A stretch of 64,000 nt of DNA from Oligoflexales bacterium (GTDB taxonomy: Bacteria; Bdellovibrionota_B; Oligoflexia; Oligoflexales; RGVZ01): the NCBI GenBank assembly GCA_947494335.1, contig CANLUT010000007.1:2037-66036 (forward strand), in the 5' to 3' direction. The position numbers and the translations under genes were made by a program. Positions 51,408 to 61,632 of the stretch are shown here, piece by piece (positions within the stretch are counted from its first letter, which is position 1; every line of letters starts with the position of its first letter). The notes beneath the pieces are model-generated. The model did no database searches and had not been told where the DNA came from. It worked only from the letters and a program-made list of their open reading frames with translations.

Positions 51408-52229
51408 TTAGGAACCAAAGCTATGTTCCGCTGCGGGAAACTTCTTAGATTTAACGTCTTTATTGAAACTGACAAGGGCATCCCCAACGATTTTATTTAA
51501 GTCTGCATATTTCTTTAGAAATTTTGGTTTAAATGACTCATCGAAACCCAAAAGATCCTGAAGTACGAGCACCTGCCCATCACAGCCAGCCCCCGCACCA
51601 ATACCGATCGTAGGAATGGAGAGCGATTTAGATACAGACGCTCCGAGGGCAGCCGGGATCATCTCCAGCACCAAGCAAAAGACTCCGGCATCTTGCAACG
51701 CTTTGGCATCCGCTAAAAGTTTTTTCTGGGCCGCCTTTTCCTTTGCCTGAACCTTGTAACCGCTTAACGCATGAACACTTTGCGGCGTTAACCCTAAATG
51801 ACCGATCACAGGAATGCCATTAGCGACAAGCGCTTCGATCTGAGGGCAAATCACCTCTCCACCTTCAAGCTTGACAGCATGAGCTCCACCTTTTTGAACG
51901 AGCTTTGCAGCATTTCTAAGTGCGTCGTCCTTCGTCGCGTAAGTCATAAACGGCATATCTGTACCCACGAAAGGACGTCGAACCACGCGAGTGACTGCAG
52001 CTGTGTGATGCACCATGTCATCGATTGTTACAGGAATCGTGGAATCATGACCCAGCATGACGTTGCCAAGACTATCGCCAACGAGAACCATATCAATGGG
52101 AGACGCCTCCACAATTCGGCCAAAGGCCGAGTCATAGCACGTCACCATGGAAATCGGCTCACCCGCATCTTTCTTAGCCTGAATAGCCGCAACAGTGATC
52201 GGCTGAACTTTACTTGCTGCATGACTCAT
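51408..52229 (-). CDS. panB: 3-methyl-2-oxobutanoate hydroxymethyltransferase
   Basis: [39 protein letters not shown]. Confidence 0.97.
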   Translation of the reverse strand: MSHAASKVQPITVAAIQAKKDAGEPISMVTCYDSAFGRIVEASPIDMVLVGDSLGNVMLGHDSTIPVTIDDMVHHTAAVTRVVRRPFVGTDMPFMTYATKDDALRNAAKLVQKGGAHAVKLEGGEVICPQIEALVANGIPVIGHLGLTPQSVHALSGYKVQAKEKAAQKKLLADAKALQDAGVFCLVLEMIPAALGASVSKSLSIPTIGIGAGAGCDGQVLVLQDLLGFDESFKPKFLKKYADLNKIVGDALVSFNKDVKSKKFPAAEHSFGS

Positions 52230-52314
52230 AGTGACGCCCTCCAAAGGACTCCCGTATACTAGGGAAAGTATTCATATTACAATAAAAACTCTCCAATTCG
52301 GAGCTAACTTCATC

Positions 52315-52992
52315 ATGGATCTTTTTGCTCCCCTAGACTTGTATTGTGAACGAACAGAGGCTCACCTCCTCAGTGAACCTCTAAATCTCATATCAAATCT
52401 AGCGTTTATCATCGCTGGAGCCCTAATATTGCGAAAATTAGGACGACCGGGCTCGTCTCAAAGAGATTCAGTAGCAAGACTTTTAGGCTGGCAAATTGTA
52501 GCGGTCGGTATTGGCAGTGCACTTTTCCACAGTTTTGCCACAGGGTGGGCTCAGCTCTGCGATATTATTCCCATTGGGATTCTTATTCTGACCTATTTGT
52601 GGTTGTTTTACCGAAAGCTTGTTGATTTGACTAGGCTTCAAAGTTTTTTAGGGCTGATAGCATTTCTCCTCGTATCCGTCGTAATGGCTTGGTTGTCGGA
52701 CCCCATTAAGGCAAATGGCGGGCAGTTTTATTTTGGGACTTGGTTAACCCTTACATGCTTATGCACCTACGTCGCGGGGCGTCAGAATTTGCTTCAATTC
52801 AAACCCATGTTCATGGCGAGTGTTCTGTTTTCATTTTCAATTTTGATGCGCACGATTGACTTAAAGTTTTGCGAAGAGTGGCCTTTCGGAACGCATTTGT
52901 TCTGGCATTTAACAAACGCAACTGTGCTTTATCTGGTGGTCAACGTACTGATCAATTCTATACCCGAAGACGCACGAACCCGTGAGGGTTAG
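52315..52992 (+). CDS. Ceramidase-like (CREST superfamily) membrane hydrolase
   Basis: YCER...EPLN..SN, GIGSALFH, GTHLFWH; ~7 TMs. Confidence 0.85.
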   Translation: MDLFAPLDLYCERTEAHLLSEPLNLISNLAFIIAGALILRKLGRPGSSQRDSVARLLGWQIVAVGIGSALFHSFATGWAQLCDIIPIGILILTYLWLFYRKLVDLTRLQSFLGLIAFLLVSVVMAWLSDPIKANGGQFYFGTWLTLTCLCTYVAGRQNLLQFKPMFMASVLFSFSILMRTIDLKFCEEWPFGTHLFWHLTNATVLYLVVNVLINSIPEDARTREG

Positions 52993-53102
52993 GACCGTTG
53001 AGAAGAGAGTAAGCAGAAAAACAAGGAAGAGATTAAGGTGGGCTTCAGACGTGCGACGCGCTTGTGGAGGGATGGTCCCGTGCGATGCGTCATAATTACA
53101 TA

Positions 53103-53118
53103 AGCAAGCAGCGTGCCA
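53103..53118 (-). promoter_or_regulatory. sigma54 promoter with no annotated downstream gene
   Basis: Minus strand TGGCAC-GCTGC-TTGCT, exact spacing, intergenic. Confidence 0.7.
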
Positions 53119-53266
53119 AGATGATCAGTGATGTTTCGCACAAAAATTGTTCAAAATTAGACTGCTCAAGGGTTTGGCGGTATCATTAATGTACCAGTAG
53201 CGCAAAGACATGGTATCAAGACGAATCAGTACGCGAATCTAACCAGCCATGACAGGCCTCTAAACG

Positions 53267-54328
53267 ATGATCTCGATCAAACAAAATGTGCCGTTAAAAA
53301 ACCTCTCAACGATTCACACCGGTGGGAACGCTCAATTTTTCGCCACGTGTAAGAATGAACGCGACATCATCGATGCCCTGCAACACGCTGCATCGCATTC
53401 GATACCTGTTACAGTGCTTGGCGGGGGAAGTAATAGCTTGATCTCTGACAATGGAATCAGGGGTCTAGTTCTAAGAATCGAATTGGATGGGTTCAGCATT
53501 AGCAGCTCGGGACTTACTACATCTGGCGCGGGCGTATCATGGGACCTATTGGTTGCCGAAACCTGCCGCCAAGGCATGACAGGAGTCGAAGCCTTGTCTG
53601 GAATACCGGGACTTGTTGGCGCAACCCCCATTCAAAACGTCGGAGCTTATGGTCAGGAGGTTGCAGAAACCATTAAATCTCTGCGTGCAATCAATAGAAA
53701 GACTCTCGAAACAAGAATTTTCTCTAACGCTGAATGCAGCTTCTCTTACCGAAATAGCCGCTTCAAAGAAACTGATAAAGACTCATGGATCATCACTGAG
53801 GTCTCATTTCAACTTGACGCGAAAGAGGAACCAAAACCGCGGTATGACGAGTTGCAAAAGTCTTTACTGAACGACAAGCGATGGAGCCTCTCTAACCGAG
53901 AAGAAAAACTACTTCTGGTCCGTGAGCACGTACTTAAAATTCGTGCTCAAAAAGGAATGGTTCTAGATCCATCTGATCATGACACAGTCAGCCTCGGTAG
54001 TTTTTTTACAAATCCTTTGATCGACCAAAATACCAAACAAGCCATTGAAGAACGTGCAGCATCTCTAAACACTAAAGCAGTACCCATCTTTCACAGATCT
54101 GGGGACAACCTCTGGAAGATATCTGCCGCATGGCTTATCGAAAGCGCTGGTGTTACAAAAGGGTTTACGATGGGTAATGCAAGAATTTCATCCAAACATG
54201 TACTTGCCATTACAAATCCTGGAGAGGCCACAACACTGGATATCCTGCAGTTACAGAGACACGTCGAATCCCAGGTACTCAAGGTATTTAACGTGAAATT
54301 ACAGCGTGAACCGGTATTTCTTGATTAA
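53267..54328 (+). CDS. murB: UDP-N-acetylenolpyruvoylglucosamine reductase
   Basis: LGGGSN, LSGIPG, PIQNVGAYG, FSYRNSRFK, GSFFTNP, SAAWLIE, KHVLAITN, REP. Confidence 0.95.
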   Translation: MISIKQNVPLKNLSTIHTGGNAQFFATCKNERDIIDALQHAASHSIPVTVLGGGSNSLISDNGIRGLVLRIELDGFSISSSGLTTSGAGVSWDLLVAETCRQGMTGVEALSGIPGLVGATPIQNVGAYGQEVAETIKSLRAINRKTLETRIFSNAECSFSYRNSRFKETDKDSWIITEVSFQLDAKEEPKPRYDELQKSLLNDKRWSLSNREEKLLLVREHVLKIRAQKGMVLDPSDHDTVSLGSFFTNPLIDQNTKQAIEERAASLNTKAVPIFHRSGDNLWKISAAWLIESAGVTKGFTMGNARISSKHVLAITNPGEATTLDILQLQRHVESQVLKVFNVKLQREPVFLD

Positions 54329-54420
54329 CTCTCGCATCACTGCTTTTTGATTTAGACAGCGGCTTGCCTGGATTCAGCGGGACCGAGTAGCCTTGTGTAA
54401 AAAATAATCCCCTGTAATTC

Positions 54421-54443
54421 TTTGGCATTTTTAGTTGCCAAAA
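54421..54443. promoter_or_regulatory. Palindromic operator candidate upstream of the puuD-like gene
   Basis: TTTGGCA-N9-TGCCAAA inverted repeat ~75 nt before ATG. Confidence 0.35.
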
Positions 54444-54517
54444 TTACTCAACATTTGGGATAGTAGTGCCGTGACGTCAATTCACTCGACGCCAACATCA
54501 ATGGAGGAACTCGCTGC

Positions 54518-55222
54518 ATGGAATCATCAGAGGTCATTTATTATTTAATGAAGTGGTTTCACTATGTTTTTGGAATTATCTGGATTGGGCATCTCTACTA
54601 CTTCAACTTCACCCAAGTTCCATTTTTCGGTGAAACGGATGCAGCGACAAAATCGAACGCTATTCAAAAACTGGTGCCGAGAGCTTTATGGTGGTTTCGT
54701 TGGGGCGCGATGTTTACCTTCATCACCGGCGTGATTATGCTTTATATGTGGGGTGAAAAAAGCGGTCACGCTGCATTCATGTCCACAAGCTTTGGTTTGT
54801 TTATTTCTGTGGGTGCTCTCCTTGGAACAGTTATGTTCCTCAACGTTTGGCTTATCATTTGGCCATCGCAGAAAGTTGTCATCGAGTCTACGACTAATGT
54901 TGCGCAAGGTAAGGCTGCACTGCCTGAAGCTGCAGCCAAGGGTGCTGCTGCACTGCTCGCTTCCCGCTCAAACACCATGTTCTCATTGCCAATGTTGTTT
55001 TTTATGGGTGCGGCATCCCACTTACCAATACTGCAACCTCCCGCAGACGGATCGACGGCTAATTACTCCACAGCCTTCTTGGCTGCGCTGGTGGTCATCG
55101 TACTACTTGAAGCGAATGCCATCAAAGGAAAGCTCGGTCCCTTGGCAAGTGTCAAAGGCGTGATCCATGCTGGCGTTGGTCTGACAGCGGTGCTCTTTGG
55201 ACTTCTTTACGCAATGGCCTAA
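54518..55222 (+). CDS. PuuD/DUF989-like membrane protein (no fused cytochrome c)
   Basis: WFHYVFGIIWIGHLYYFNF, ALWWFRWGAMFTFITG, LGTVMFLNVWLIIWPSQK; GGAGG RBS. Confidence 0.85.
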   Translation: MESSEVIYYLMKWFHYVFGIIWIGHLYYFNFTQVPFFGETDAATKSNAIQKLVPRALWWFRWGAMFTFITGVIMLYMWGEKSGHAAFMSTSFGLFISVGALLGTVMFLNVWLIIWPSQKVVIESTTNVAQGKAALPEAAAKGAAALLASRSNTMFSLPMLFFMGAASHLPILQPPADGSTANYSTAFLAALVVIVLLEANAIKGKLGPLASVKGVIHAGVGLTAVLFGLLYAMA

Positions 55223-55246
55223 TCACAATCCGAAAGAACGCTTTCT

Positions 55247-55600
55247 GTGATTTTTAAACTTTTGTCATCAGTACCTTTATTACTGGCTCTGACGAGCTGC
55301 CGCTGCCAAAGCGGTGGCTCATCAGAAGCCAGTAAAGCTTCGCCAGAGGCTCAGCTGATTGCCCGTGGGCGAGCCGTCTATGTCTCAAACTGCACAGCCT
55401 GCCATGCTACAAACCCCAAGCTTCATGGTAGTCAGGGTCCAGATGTATACGGTTCATCTAAGGAGCTACTGACAGCTCGTATCCTTGAAGCAAAGTATCC
55501 TGAAGGATACAAACCCAAGCGCGAGAGTGCCGCCATGCCAGCCTTGCCTCATTTGAAAAATGACATCGATGCTCTCCACGCATATTTAAACGCTCCATAA
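55247..55600 (+). CDS. Monoheme c-type cytochrome lipoprotein
   Basis: LALTSC lipobox, CTACH, distal AMP Met ligand. Confidence 0.88.
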   Translation: MIFKLLSSVPLLLALTSCRCQSGGSSEASKASPEAQLIARGRAVYVSNCTACHATNPKLHGSQGPDVYGSSKELLTARILEAKYPEGYKPKRESAAMPALPHLKNDIDALHAYLNAP

Positions 55601-55695
55601 GATCAGCCAAGCAATCTGCGCGACCCCAGGTGGACTGTTTAGGGCCCTTGGGCTACCATGTTGAAATATTCAACAAACTCATAAGGCTTTTCGAC

Positions 55696-56625
55696 ATGTC
55701 TCTGCATCTAAACCAGGAACGTTCAGATGTATCCCTAGCCGACCTTGCAAAGTTCTACCCGGAACTTTGGCAGGAGGTCATGGGCAGCATCAAACTTGCT
55801 GTCGAAAAAAAGCAAATGTCAGAACTAGCGACCATGAGTCAACGTGCGGGTGCTACCATTAGTCGATGGAGTGGCGCAGGTGACAGCCCAATTGCACAAA
55901 CGCAGCATGCAAAGCGAGAACTACTAAAAGCTCAGATGACAGCGTTAGCTATTGAACAATTCGTTGCAGCTTTCACAAATCTGGACCACAGGCCTTCACT
56001 TCGCGATCAAGTTCTTCTCAAGTGGGGAATCACGAGACATTTACAGTCTGGGCGTCTATTGAGTCTAACAAGCTTCCAAAAAGGTTGGTCGAGACTTACG
56101 GATAAAGGTGCCGCTGCGTCGGGCGTGCAATCAGCAGGATTTTGGTCCATACCTACGAGGGAGCTCTGTCTTGGTTTGAAAGAATATATCAAAGACCGTG
56201 AGGTTCTTGAGGTGGGAGCTGGCAGGGGATTATTTGTTTCTGCCCTTCGCGAAGTCGGGGTACGAGTCACGGGAATCGACGACTGTAGCTGGTCCATGGC
56301 AAAAAATGTTATTGCTGGCGCCAAATCATTCATGAAGGTCGAATCGGCCGAGACCGCACTAAAGACCATTAATCCCTCAGTCGTTCTTTCCGTTTATCCA
56401 CCACCAGGCAATCAGTTTGAACGAACTATTTTCGCTACAAAATCCGTGGATCTATATTTAGCAGTCGTGAGCTCTCATCAATTTGCCAGCGGCAACTGGC
56501 AAGACTATAAAGCTCAGGACGCACGAAACAGCCCGTTTTCGTGTGTTATGAATGAGTCTTTAAACAAAATGCTGAGGCCCATTGAATCGGATCAACGACT
56601 ACTCATTTTTCGTCGCAATAAATAA
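55696..56625 (+). CDS. Class I SAM-dependent methyltransferase-like protein
   Basis: VLEVGAGRG motif I, VTGIDD motif II; N-terminal domain unknown. Confidence 0.7.
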   Translation: MSLHLNQERSDVSLADLAKFYPELWQEVMGSIKLAVEKKQMSELATMSQRAGATISRWSGAGDSPIAQTQHAKRELLKAQMTALAIEQFVAAFTNLDHRPSLRDQVLLKWGITRHLQSGRLLSLTSFQKGWSRLTDKGAAASGVQSAGFWSIPTRELCLGLKEYIKDREVLEVGAGRGLFVSALREVGVRVTGIDDCSWSMAKNVIAGAKSFMKVESAETALKTINPSVVLSVYPPPGNQFERTIFATKSVDLYLAVVSSHQFASGNWQDYKAQDARNSPFSCVMNESLNKMLRPIESDQRLLIFRRNK

Positions 56626-56645
56626 CCCAAAGAAAATCTTGAATT

Positions 56646-57779
56646 GTGATTATCCAAGTAGCAAAATTGTCCGCCATTGTAATCATCACCTCAGCCTTTT
56701 TGGCTATAGGCGAAACCGTGATTGCTCAGAAAGCCAGTCATGCTTCTGAACTTGAATACATTGTACTCCCAGGCGTATTTCGCGCTCCAGAGACAGGCTT
56801 TGGTGCTGGGCTGGGCTTGTTTATATTAAGCCCGCCTCCTCAGGGATCTCGAGGCTCCCAGGGTGACGCGTTTAAAATTGGCGCTATATATACTGAAAAA
56901 AAACAATTTGTGATGCGAACGTTGCTGGAGAAATATGTCAATGACCACCGCGATCACCTGAGCTTTTCAGCAAATGCACAAAAGTATCCAGACTCATTTT
57001 TCGGCGTTGGCGGCAACACTCAAGTCAAAGATGAAGAAAAATACACGTCATACGCCTGGGACGCACAACTCCGCTATCTACATGAGTTTGCGTCGACATT
57101 TTATATTGGCGGCCAAGGAGTCCTCTATAATGAACGCATTACAGACTTGAATCCGCGTGGTTTTTTAACCAAAAAAACAGATCAAAACGGCCAACACATT
57201 TACGGCACTGAACCCGTGCGACACGCGGGATTTGGAATTCTTTCCCGTATTGATACCCGCGATGATCTCCAAGATCCCGATCGAGGACATTTCATAGAGA
57301 TGGGAACTATCGCTCGAAATAAATTGTTGGGAAGTGATTTTGATTTCAACACAGCACAGATTGATGCTCGAGGATTTATCCCCCTCTCCGATAACAAGCG
57401 CCCCATAAGGCTTGCATGGCAAACCGTCGTGATCTCACACGATGGCAACCCTCCATTTCAGGCACTAGCGCCCCTTGGGGGACGTGACCTTCTCAGGGGA
57501 TATTTTCTAGGACGATACCGGGATAGAAAGCTTCTATCATCGCAACTTGAAATTCGAATTCCCCACGGAGAAAAGTGGGGAACAGCCCTCTACGTGGGCG
57601 CTGGTAACGTTGCTCGCAACTGGAAGGCTATGACTCTTAAATCATTTAAGCCAGCTTGGGGTGCGGGTGCACGGTACCGGATCTCAAGCACTCAAAAAGT
57701 AAACATACGCCTTGATCTGGCCTGGGGTAAAGTCACCCCTAATCCCAGTGCATATCTTAGCCTTGCGGAAGCGTTCTAG
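56646..57779 (+). CDS. Omp85 (BamA/TamA) family barrel-only protein
   Basis: Signal peptide, PETGFGAG, LGGRDLLRGYFLGRYRD, IRLDLAWG, C-terminal EAF; no POTRA domains. Confidence 0.88.
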   Translation: MIIQVAKLSAIVIITSAFLAIGETVIAQKASHASELEYIVLPGVFRAPETGFGAGLGLFILSPPPQGSRGSQGDAFKIGAIYTEKKQFVMRTLLEKYVNDHRDHLSFSANAQKYPDSFFGVGGNTQVKDEEKYTSYAWDAQLRYLHEFASTFYIGGQGVLYNERITDLNPRGFLTKKTDQNGQHIYGTEPVRHAGFGILSRIDTRDDLQDPDRGHFIEMGTIARNKLLGSDFDFNTAQIDARGFIPLSDNKRPIRLAWQTVVISHDGNPPFQALAPLGGRDLLRGYFLGRYRDRKLLSSQLEIRIPHGEKWGTALYVGAGNVARNWKAMTLKSFKPAWGAGARYRISSTQKVNIRLDLAWGKVTPNPSAYLSLAEAF

Positions 57780-57782
57780 CCG

Positions 57783-60548
57783 CTAATGAAATAAAAATTT
57801 CTGAGTGATACTGATCTTATTGTCTTTTAGTCCAGTCGGCTTCCCGCAATAGACAACCTCTCCGCCTCGAGCCGCCGCATCAGGTCCCATTTCAATCAGC
57901 CAATCAGCCTGCCGAAGAACATCGAGGTGATGCTCAATGACAATGACCGTATGACCAGATTTCGCCAGATCCTTGAACTGCGAAAGTAGGCTTGCCACAT
58001 CAACATCACTCAATCCAGTAGTCGGCTCATCAAAAATCAAAATTCCTGGCTTACCCTTCTTAGCGTCACGCATGATCTGCACCAGCTTTAAACGCTGCGC
58101 TTCACCGCCACTAAATGAGCTAGTTGACTGCCCAAGCGTGACGTAACCCATGCCAACCTTCAAGACAGCATCCAAACATTCCGAGATGGCTCTGTGATCA
58201 AAAAAGAATGTTCGTGCTTCATCTGCGGTCATAGCCAAAACATCGATCAAATTTTTTCCCTTGTGCTGAACAGAGAGAACAGACTCCTGAAATCTGGCGC
58301 CATTACAGGCCGGGCAAATGATCTCCATTTCTCCGAGAAACGATAGATCTTCCACCACGGTTCCAAGACCCCTACAGGTTTCACAACGAGCACCAGGACT
58401 ATTAAAACTAAAAGAACCTGGAGTCAGGCCAAGATTTTTTGCCGTCTCCTGGGATGCAAATATTTTACGAATATGATCCATCACATCCAAGTACGTCGCA
58501 ATCGTGCTGCGACTACTGCGCCCAAGAGCCACCTGTGACACCATGAGCACATTGTCATGAAGTTTGATAAGGCTTTCTGGACCAATAGACCCAGTCACCT
58601 CTTTTGGGATTTCTTTTTCCGGACCTCCGGAGAGTTTTGCAAAACTTAGCTCCAAAAGAGGAAACAATGTATGTCTAATCAGACTTGTTTTCCCGCTGCC
58701 GGACACACCACACACAGCAGTGACCTTCCCGACAGGGATCTTCACCTCTGCATTTTTAAGATTATGAATCGTTGCGTTCTTTAGATGCAGAAACTTCGCC
58801 GCCTTATCATCGAGCCCAATCGCTGACTCGACTATTGGTGACTTCTGAGTCTTTCGATCACTAGGACGGCCTGCGTAAACGAGATGACCACCTTCGTGAC
58901 CAGCTTTGGGACCAATTTCTATGAAATGATCTGATCCATTAATGATGGTTCTCTCATGTTCAACAACAACCACCGTATTACCCTGCTGCTGAAGCTCCCG
59001 AATAACACCGAGTAGATTCTCACTGTCTCTAGCATGTAGTCCTGCCGTCGGCTCATCCAAACAAAAAAGTGTCTCTGTCAAAATAGAACCCAGACAGCGG
59101 GACATATTGATTCGCTGCAACTCTCCACCACTCAGTGTTTTGGCGCTTCGATCCATGGAAAGATATGAAAGCCCCATCTTCATGAGGTAACCTAGTCTAG
59201 ATTTCGCCTCCAAAAGCGCCTCAGCGAGCCCTTGCCCTCCAGACTCCCGCCCCTCGATGGCTTTAAGATTTGCCGCTTCAATACCGTCAAACCATGTTTG
59301 AAGCTCCTTAATACTAATTTTTGCAGTTTCGTTGATGGATTTACCAAGTACCCGAATTGACCGCGCCTTAAGGTTTAACCTTTGGCTATCACATTCTGGA
59401 CATGTCACATATTTGCGAAAACGTGCCGCATGAATCCGGTAGTGAGTTTTGTAGCGTTTTGTGTCAAGCCAGCGGAAGTATCCATTGATACCACCAAAAT
59501 ACTTTTTGTCGCCCTTCCAAAGCCATTCAATCTCCTCTTTGGTGTAATCCGAAAATTTCTTCTTTTTGATATCCCACTTTTTGGCTGTTGCAGATTTAAG
59601 AGCGTCTTTATAGCAAACGACGTGTTCTCCAAAGTTCCATGCAACAACACCCTGCTCTGCAAGAGTAGATGACTTATCAGGAATGATTTTTAATGGATCA
59701 AGCTCGGTACTGCTCCCGAAACCTTGACAGGTACCACACGCCCCAATGGGGTGATTGAATGAAAACAGCGCCATCGTTGGCTCTTGGTATTGGACACCAC
59801 AACAAACTAGACGCTTTGAAAATTCCACAATTTTTCCGTCTGACCCAATCACGCCGGCCCGTCCACGACCAAGCTTAAGTATGAGACTGGATGCCTCGGC
59901 AAGACGTTTTCGCGCGTCAGGGCTGACTGAGATCCTATCCACGACGACCCAAGATTTTTCCCGGTCAATTTTCTTGAGATCTTCAAGACGAACCACATCT
60001 TTATTGACCCAAATTCTAGTAAAGCCCTGGCCCTGTAGAAGTGATTTCAATTCTTTATCTGAGATACTTTCCCAGGCATCCACAGGAGCAACCATTAAGA
60101 CTTTGTCATCTGACATTTCTTTCAGAATGCTCGAAGCCATTCGATCAGGATCAGCCTTCTCCACGTTACGACCACAAGACGAGCAAACGATAACGCCCGC
60201 AAGGGAGTAAACGACGCGCAAGATGTCGTGAAGCTCTGTTAGCGTTCCAACTGTTGAGCGATTATTAGCTCCCGAGCGAGACTGCTGCACAGCGATCGCT
60301 GGTGGAAGTTGCCGAACGCCAGAGATTTTTGGCTTTGGCATTGCCTTCAAATACTGACGAGCGAAGCTACTTAAACTTTCCACGTATCGGCGATACGCTT
60401 CCGCGTAGATCGTATCAAAGACAAGAGAGCTCTTGCCGCTGCCCGAAACTCCTGTCACCGACGTAAGCTCGTAAAGGGGGATTTTTACGTTTATTCCCTT
60501 GAGGTTATTCGTCTCAACGCCATCAATTTCAATAAAGTTTCGAGTCAT
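57783..60548 (-). CDS. uvrA: Excinuclease ABC subunit A
   Basis: Two GVSGSGKS/T Walker A motifs, LSGGELQR / FSGGEAQR, DEPT, FSFN..GAC; start estimated (ORF open to 60617). Confidence 0.93.
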   Translation of the reverse strand: MTRNFIEIDGVETNNLKGINVKIPLYELTSVTGVSGSGKSSLVFDTIYAEAYRRYVESLSSFARQYLKAMPKPKISGVRQLPPAIAVQQSRSGANNRSTVGTLTELHDILRVVYSLAGVIVCSSCGRNVEKADPDRMASSILKEMSDDKVLMVAPVDAWESISDKELKSLLQGQGFTRIWVNKDVVRLEDLKKIDREKSWVVVDRISVSPDARKRLAEASSLILKLGRGRAGVIGSDGKIVEFSKRLVCCGVQYQEPTMALFSFNHPIGACGTCQGFGSSTELDPLKIIPDKSSTLAEQGVVAWNFGEHVVCYKDALKSATAKKWDIKKKKFSDYTKEEIEWLWKGDKKYFGGINGYFRWLDTKRYKTHYRIHAARFRKYVTCPECDSQRLNLKARSIRVLGKSINETAKISIKELQTWFDGIEAANLKAIEGRESGGQGLAEALLEAKSRLGYLMKMGLSYLSMDRSAKTLSGGELQRINMSRCLGSILTETLFCLDEPTAGLHARDSENLLGVIRELQQQGNTVVVVEHERTIINGSDHFIEIGPKAGHEGGHLVYAGRPSDRKTQKSPIVESAIGLDDKAAKFLHLKNATIHNLKNAEVKIPVGKVTAVCGVSGSGKTSLIRHTLFPLLELSFAKLSGGPEKEIPKEVTGSIGPESLIKLHDNVLMVSQVALGRSSRSTIATYLDVMDHIRKIFASQETAKNLGLTPGSFSFNSPGARCETCRGLGTVVEDLSFLGEMEIICPACNGARFQESVLSVQHKGKNLIDVLAMTADEARTFFFDHRAISECLDAVLKVGMGYVTLGQSTSSFSGGEAQRLKLVQIMRDAKKGKPGILIFDEPTTGLSDVDVASLLSQFKDLAKSGHTVIVIEHHLDVLRQADWLIEMGPDAAARGGEVVYCGKPTGLKDNKISITQKFLFH

Positions 60549-60631
60549 GGGGACTGGAACTCCGGCCTTGTAGAAATGTCTATTTGTCGCCATAATTAAG
60601 CCAAGATCAGACGACACTATATAGGTACATC

Positions 60632-61099
60632 ATGCAGAAGACTATTGCCATCGTGGCCACTCTACTTTTGGGTATTTTTATTGGAGTCTTTTCGGTCTCT
60701 GCATTGAACAAAAAGGTTAAACATAAATCCGAGACCCAAGCCGAAACTAATGCTGAGAATCCGGCTATAAAATCCAAAGCATCTGAAGATCAGGCCGTCT
60801 TTTATACAAGTGTGGGTGGATCCTCTCCGTCAAGCGATAATGCGCCCAGTTCTGGACGAGTTGCCACTAGGTATACGATCGAGCTCGGCACCGTCAACTC
60901 TCAGGCAGATGCTGAGTCACTGCTGTTAAAGTTGAAAGATCGCGGTATCGATGGTTTTTATACGCCCATGCGCCGCGGAGGTCGGGTGATCTTTCATGTG
61001 AGAATTGGGCTTTTTGCAAGCGCTGACGACGCAGAGCAAAATTTAAAAAAGATTGCAGCTCGCGCAAATGTCAAAGGACGCGTCACGAGGCTCCACTAA
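60632..61099 (+). CDS. Membrane-anchored SPOR domain protein
   Basis: N-terminal TM; YTIELG...A..L..KL..RG...FHVRIGLFASADDA. Confidence 0.85.
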   Translation: MQKTIAIVATLLLGIFIGVFSVSALNKKVKHKSETQAETNAENPAIKSKASEDQAVFYTSVGGSSPSSDNAPSSGRVATRYTIELGTVNSQADAESLLLKLKDRGIDGFYTPMRRGGRVIFHVRIGLFASADDAEQNLKKIAARANVKGRVTRLH

Positions 61100-61132
61100 C
61101 ATTTAGACTAATTGATGTCTAAGAAAACTGGG

Positions 61133-61516
61133 CTAATTCTTGGGGGATGACTGAGTTAAACGCTCTTTCGCAGGCCCACCCGTAACGGCGTCAATGACAC
61201 CATTTCCATCAAAGTCATACGCCCACATATAAGGCTTGCCCTCTGAGTCCAAGGCCTCAAGCATGTCAAAACTTCCATCGCGATCAATATCCCAACCGCG
61301 AAATCCTTCCTGCGAGCTTTTTCCGCCATCCGAGTACGTCCAATTTACGAATATCTTCGTCAGATTTGGTAGCGGGGCTCGGTGCTCTATGGCGGTACCC
61401 TCTTTAAGGGTGTAGAAGGCCGGCGAGGCCACATTAACCTCAGCCATCTCGGGTGATTGAATGGTTGAACAACCAACCAATCCTAGCGCAATTGCCAGAG
61501 TCCAAACGTTCTTCAT
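61133..61516 (-). CDS. Hypothetical lipoprotein with DxDxDG motifs
   Basis: LGLVGC lipobox; [10 protein letters not shown] and [10 protein letters not shown]; GGAGG RBS. Confidence 0.75.
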   Translation of the reverse strand: MKNVWTLAIALGLVGCSTIQSPEMAEVNVASPAFYTLKEGTAIEHRAPLPNLTKIFVNWTYSDGGKSSQEGFRGWDIDRDGSFDMLEALDSEGKPYMWAYDFDGNGVIDAVTGGPAKERLTQSSPKN

Positions 61517-61632
61517 GGATAGCCCTCCCACATAGACACGACAAAACAGCCACTTTCAGAGGGTTTTCGGTTGCAGTAAGCCAAAGCTTTAAGCACAATA
61601 GGGCCCTTCAAGACTGGGGAGATCGGAAATCC

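Noticed and set aside
54421-54443. sigma54 promoter upstream of the puuD-like gene
   Set aside because: GG-to-GC spacing is one base too long on both strands; kept only as a palindrome
61102-61121. TTAGAC/GTCTAA repeat and similar TAGAC motifs (17771, 53157, 54353) as a repeat family
   Set aside because: Too short and variable to separate from chance; here it may simply be a weak hairpin between convergent genes
61453-61632. 60-aa N-terminal extension of LepA (similar extensions on lolC/E, nuoI, nuoCD, hemB)
   Set aside because: Longest-ORF artefacts; homology begins at downstream starts and the extensions overlap neighbouring genes or promoters
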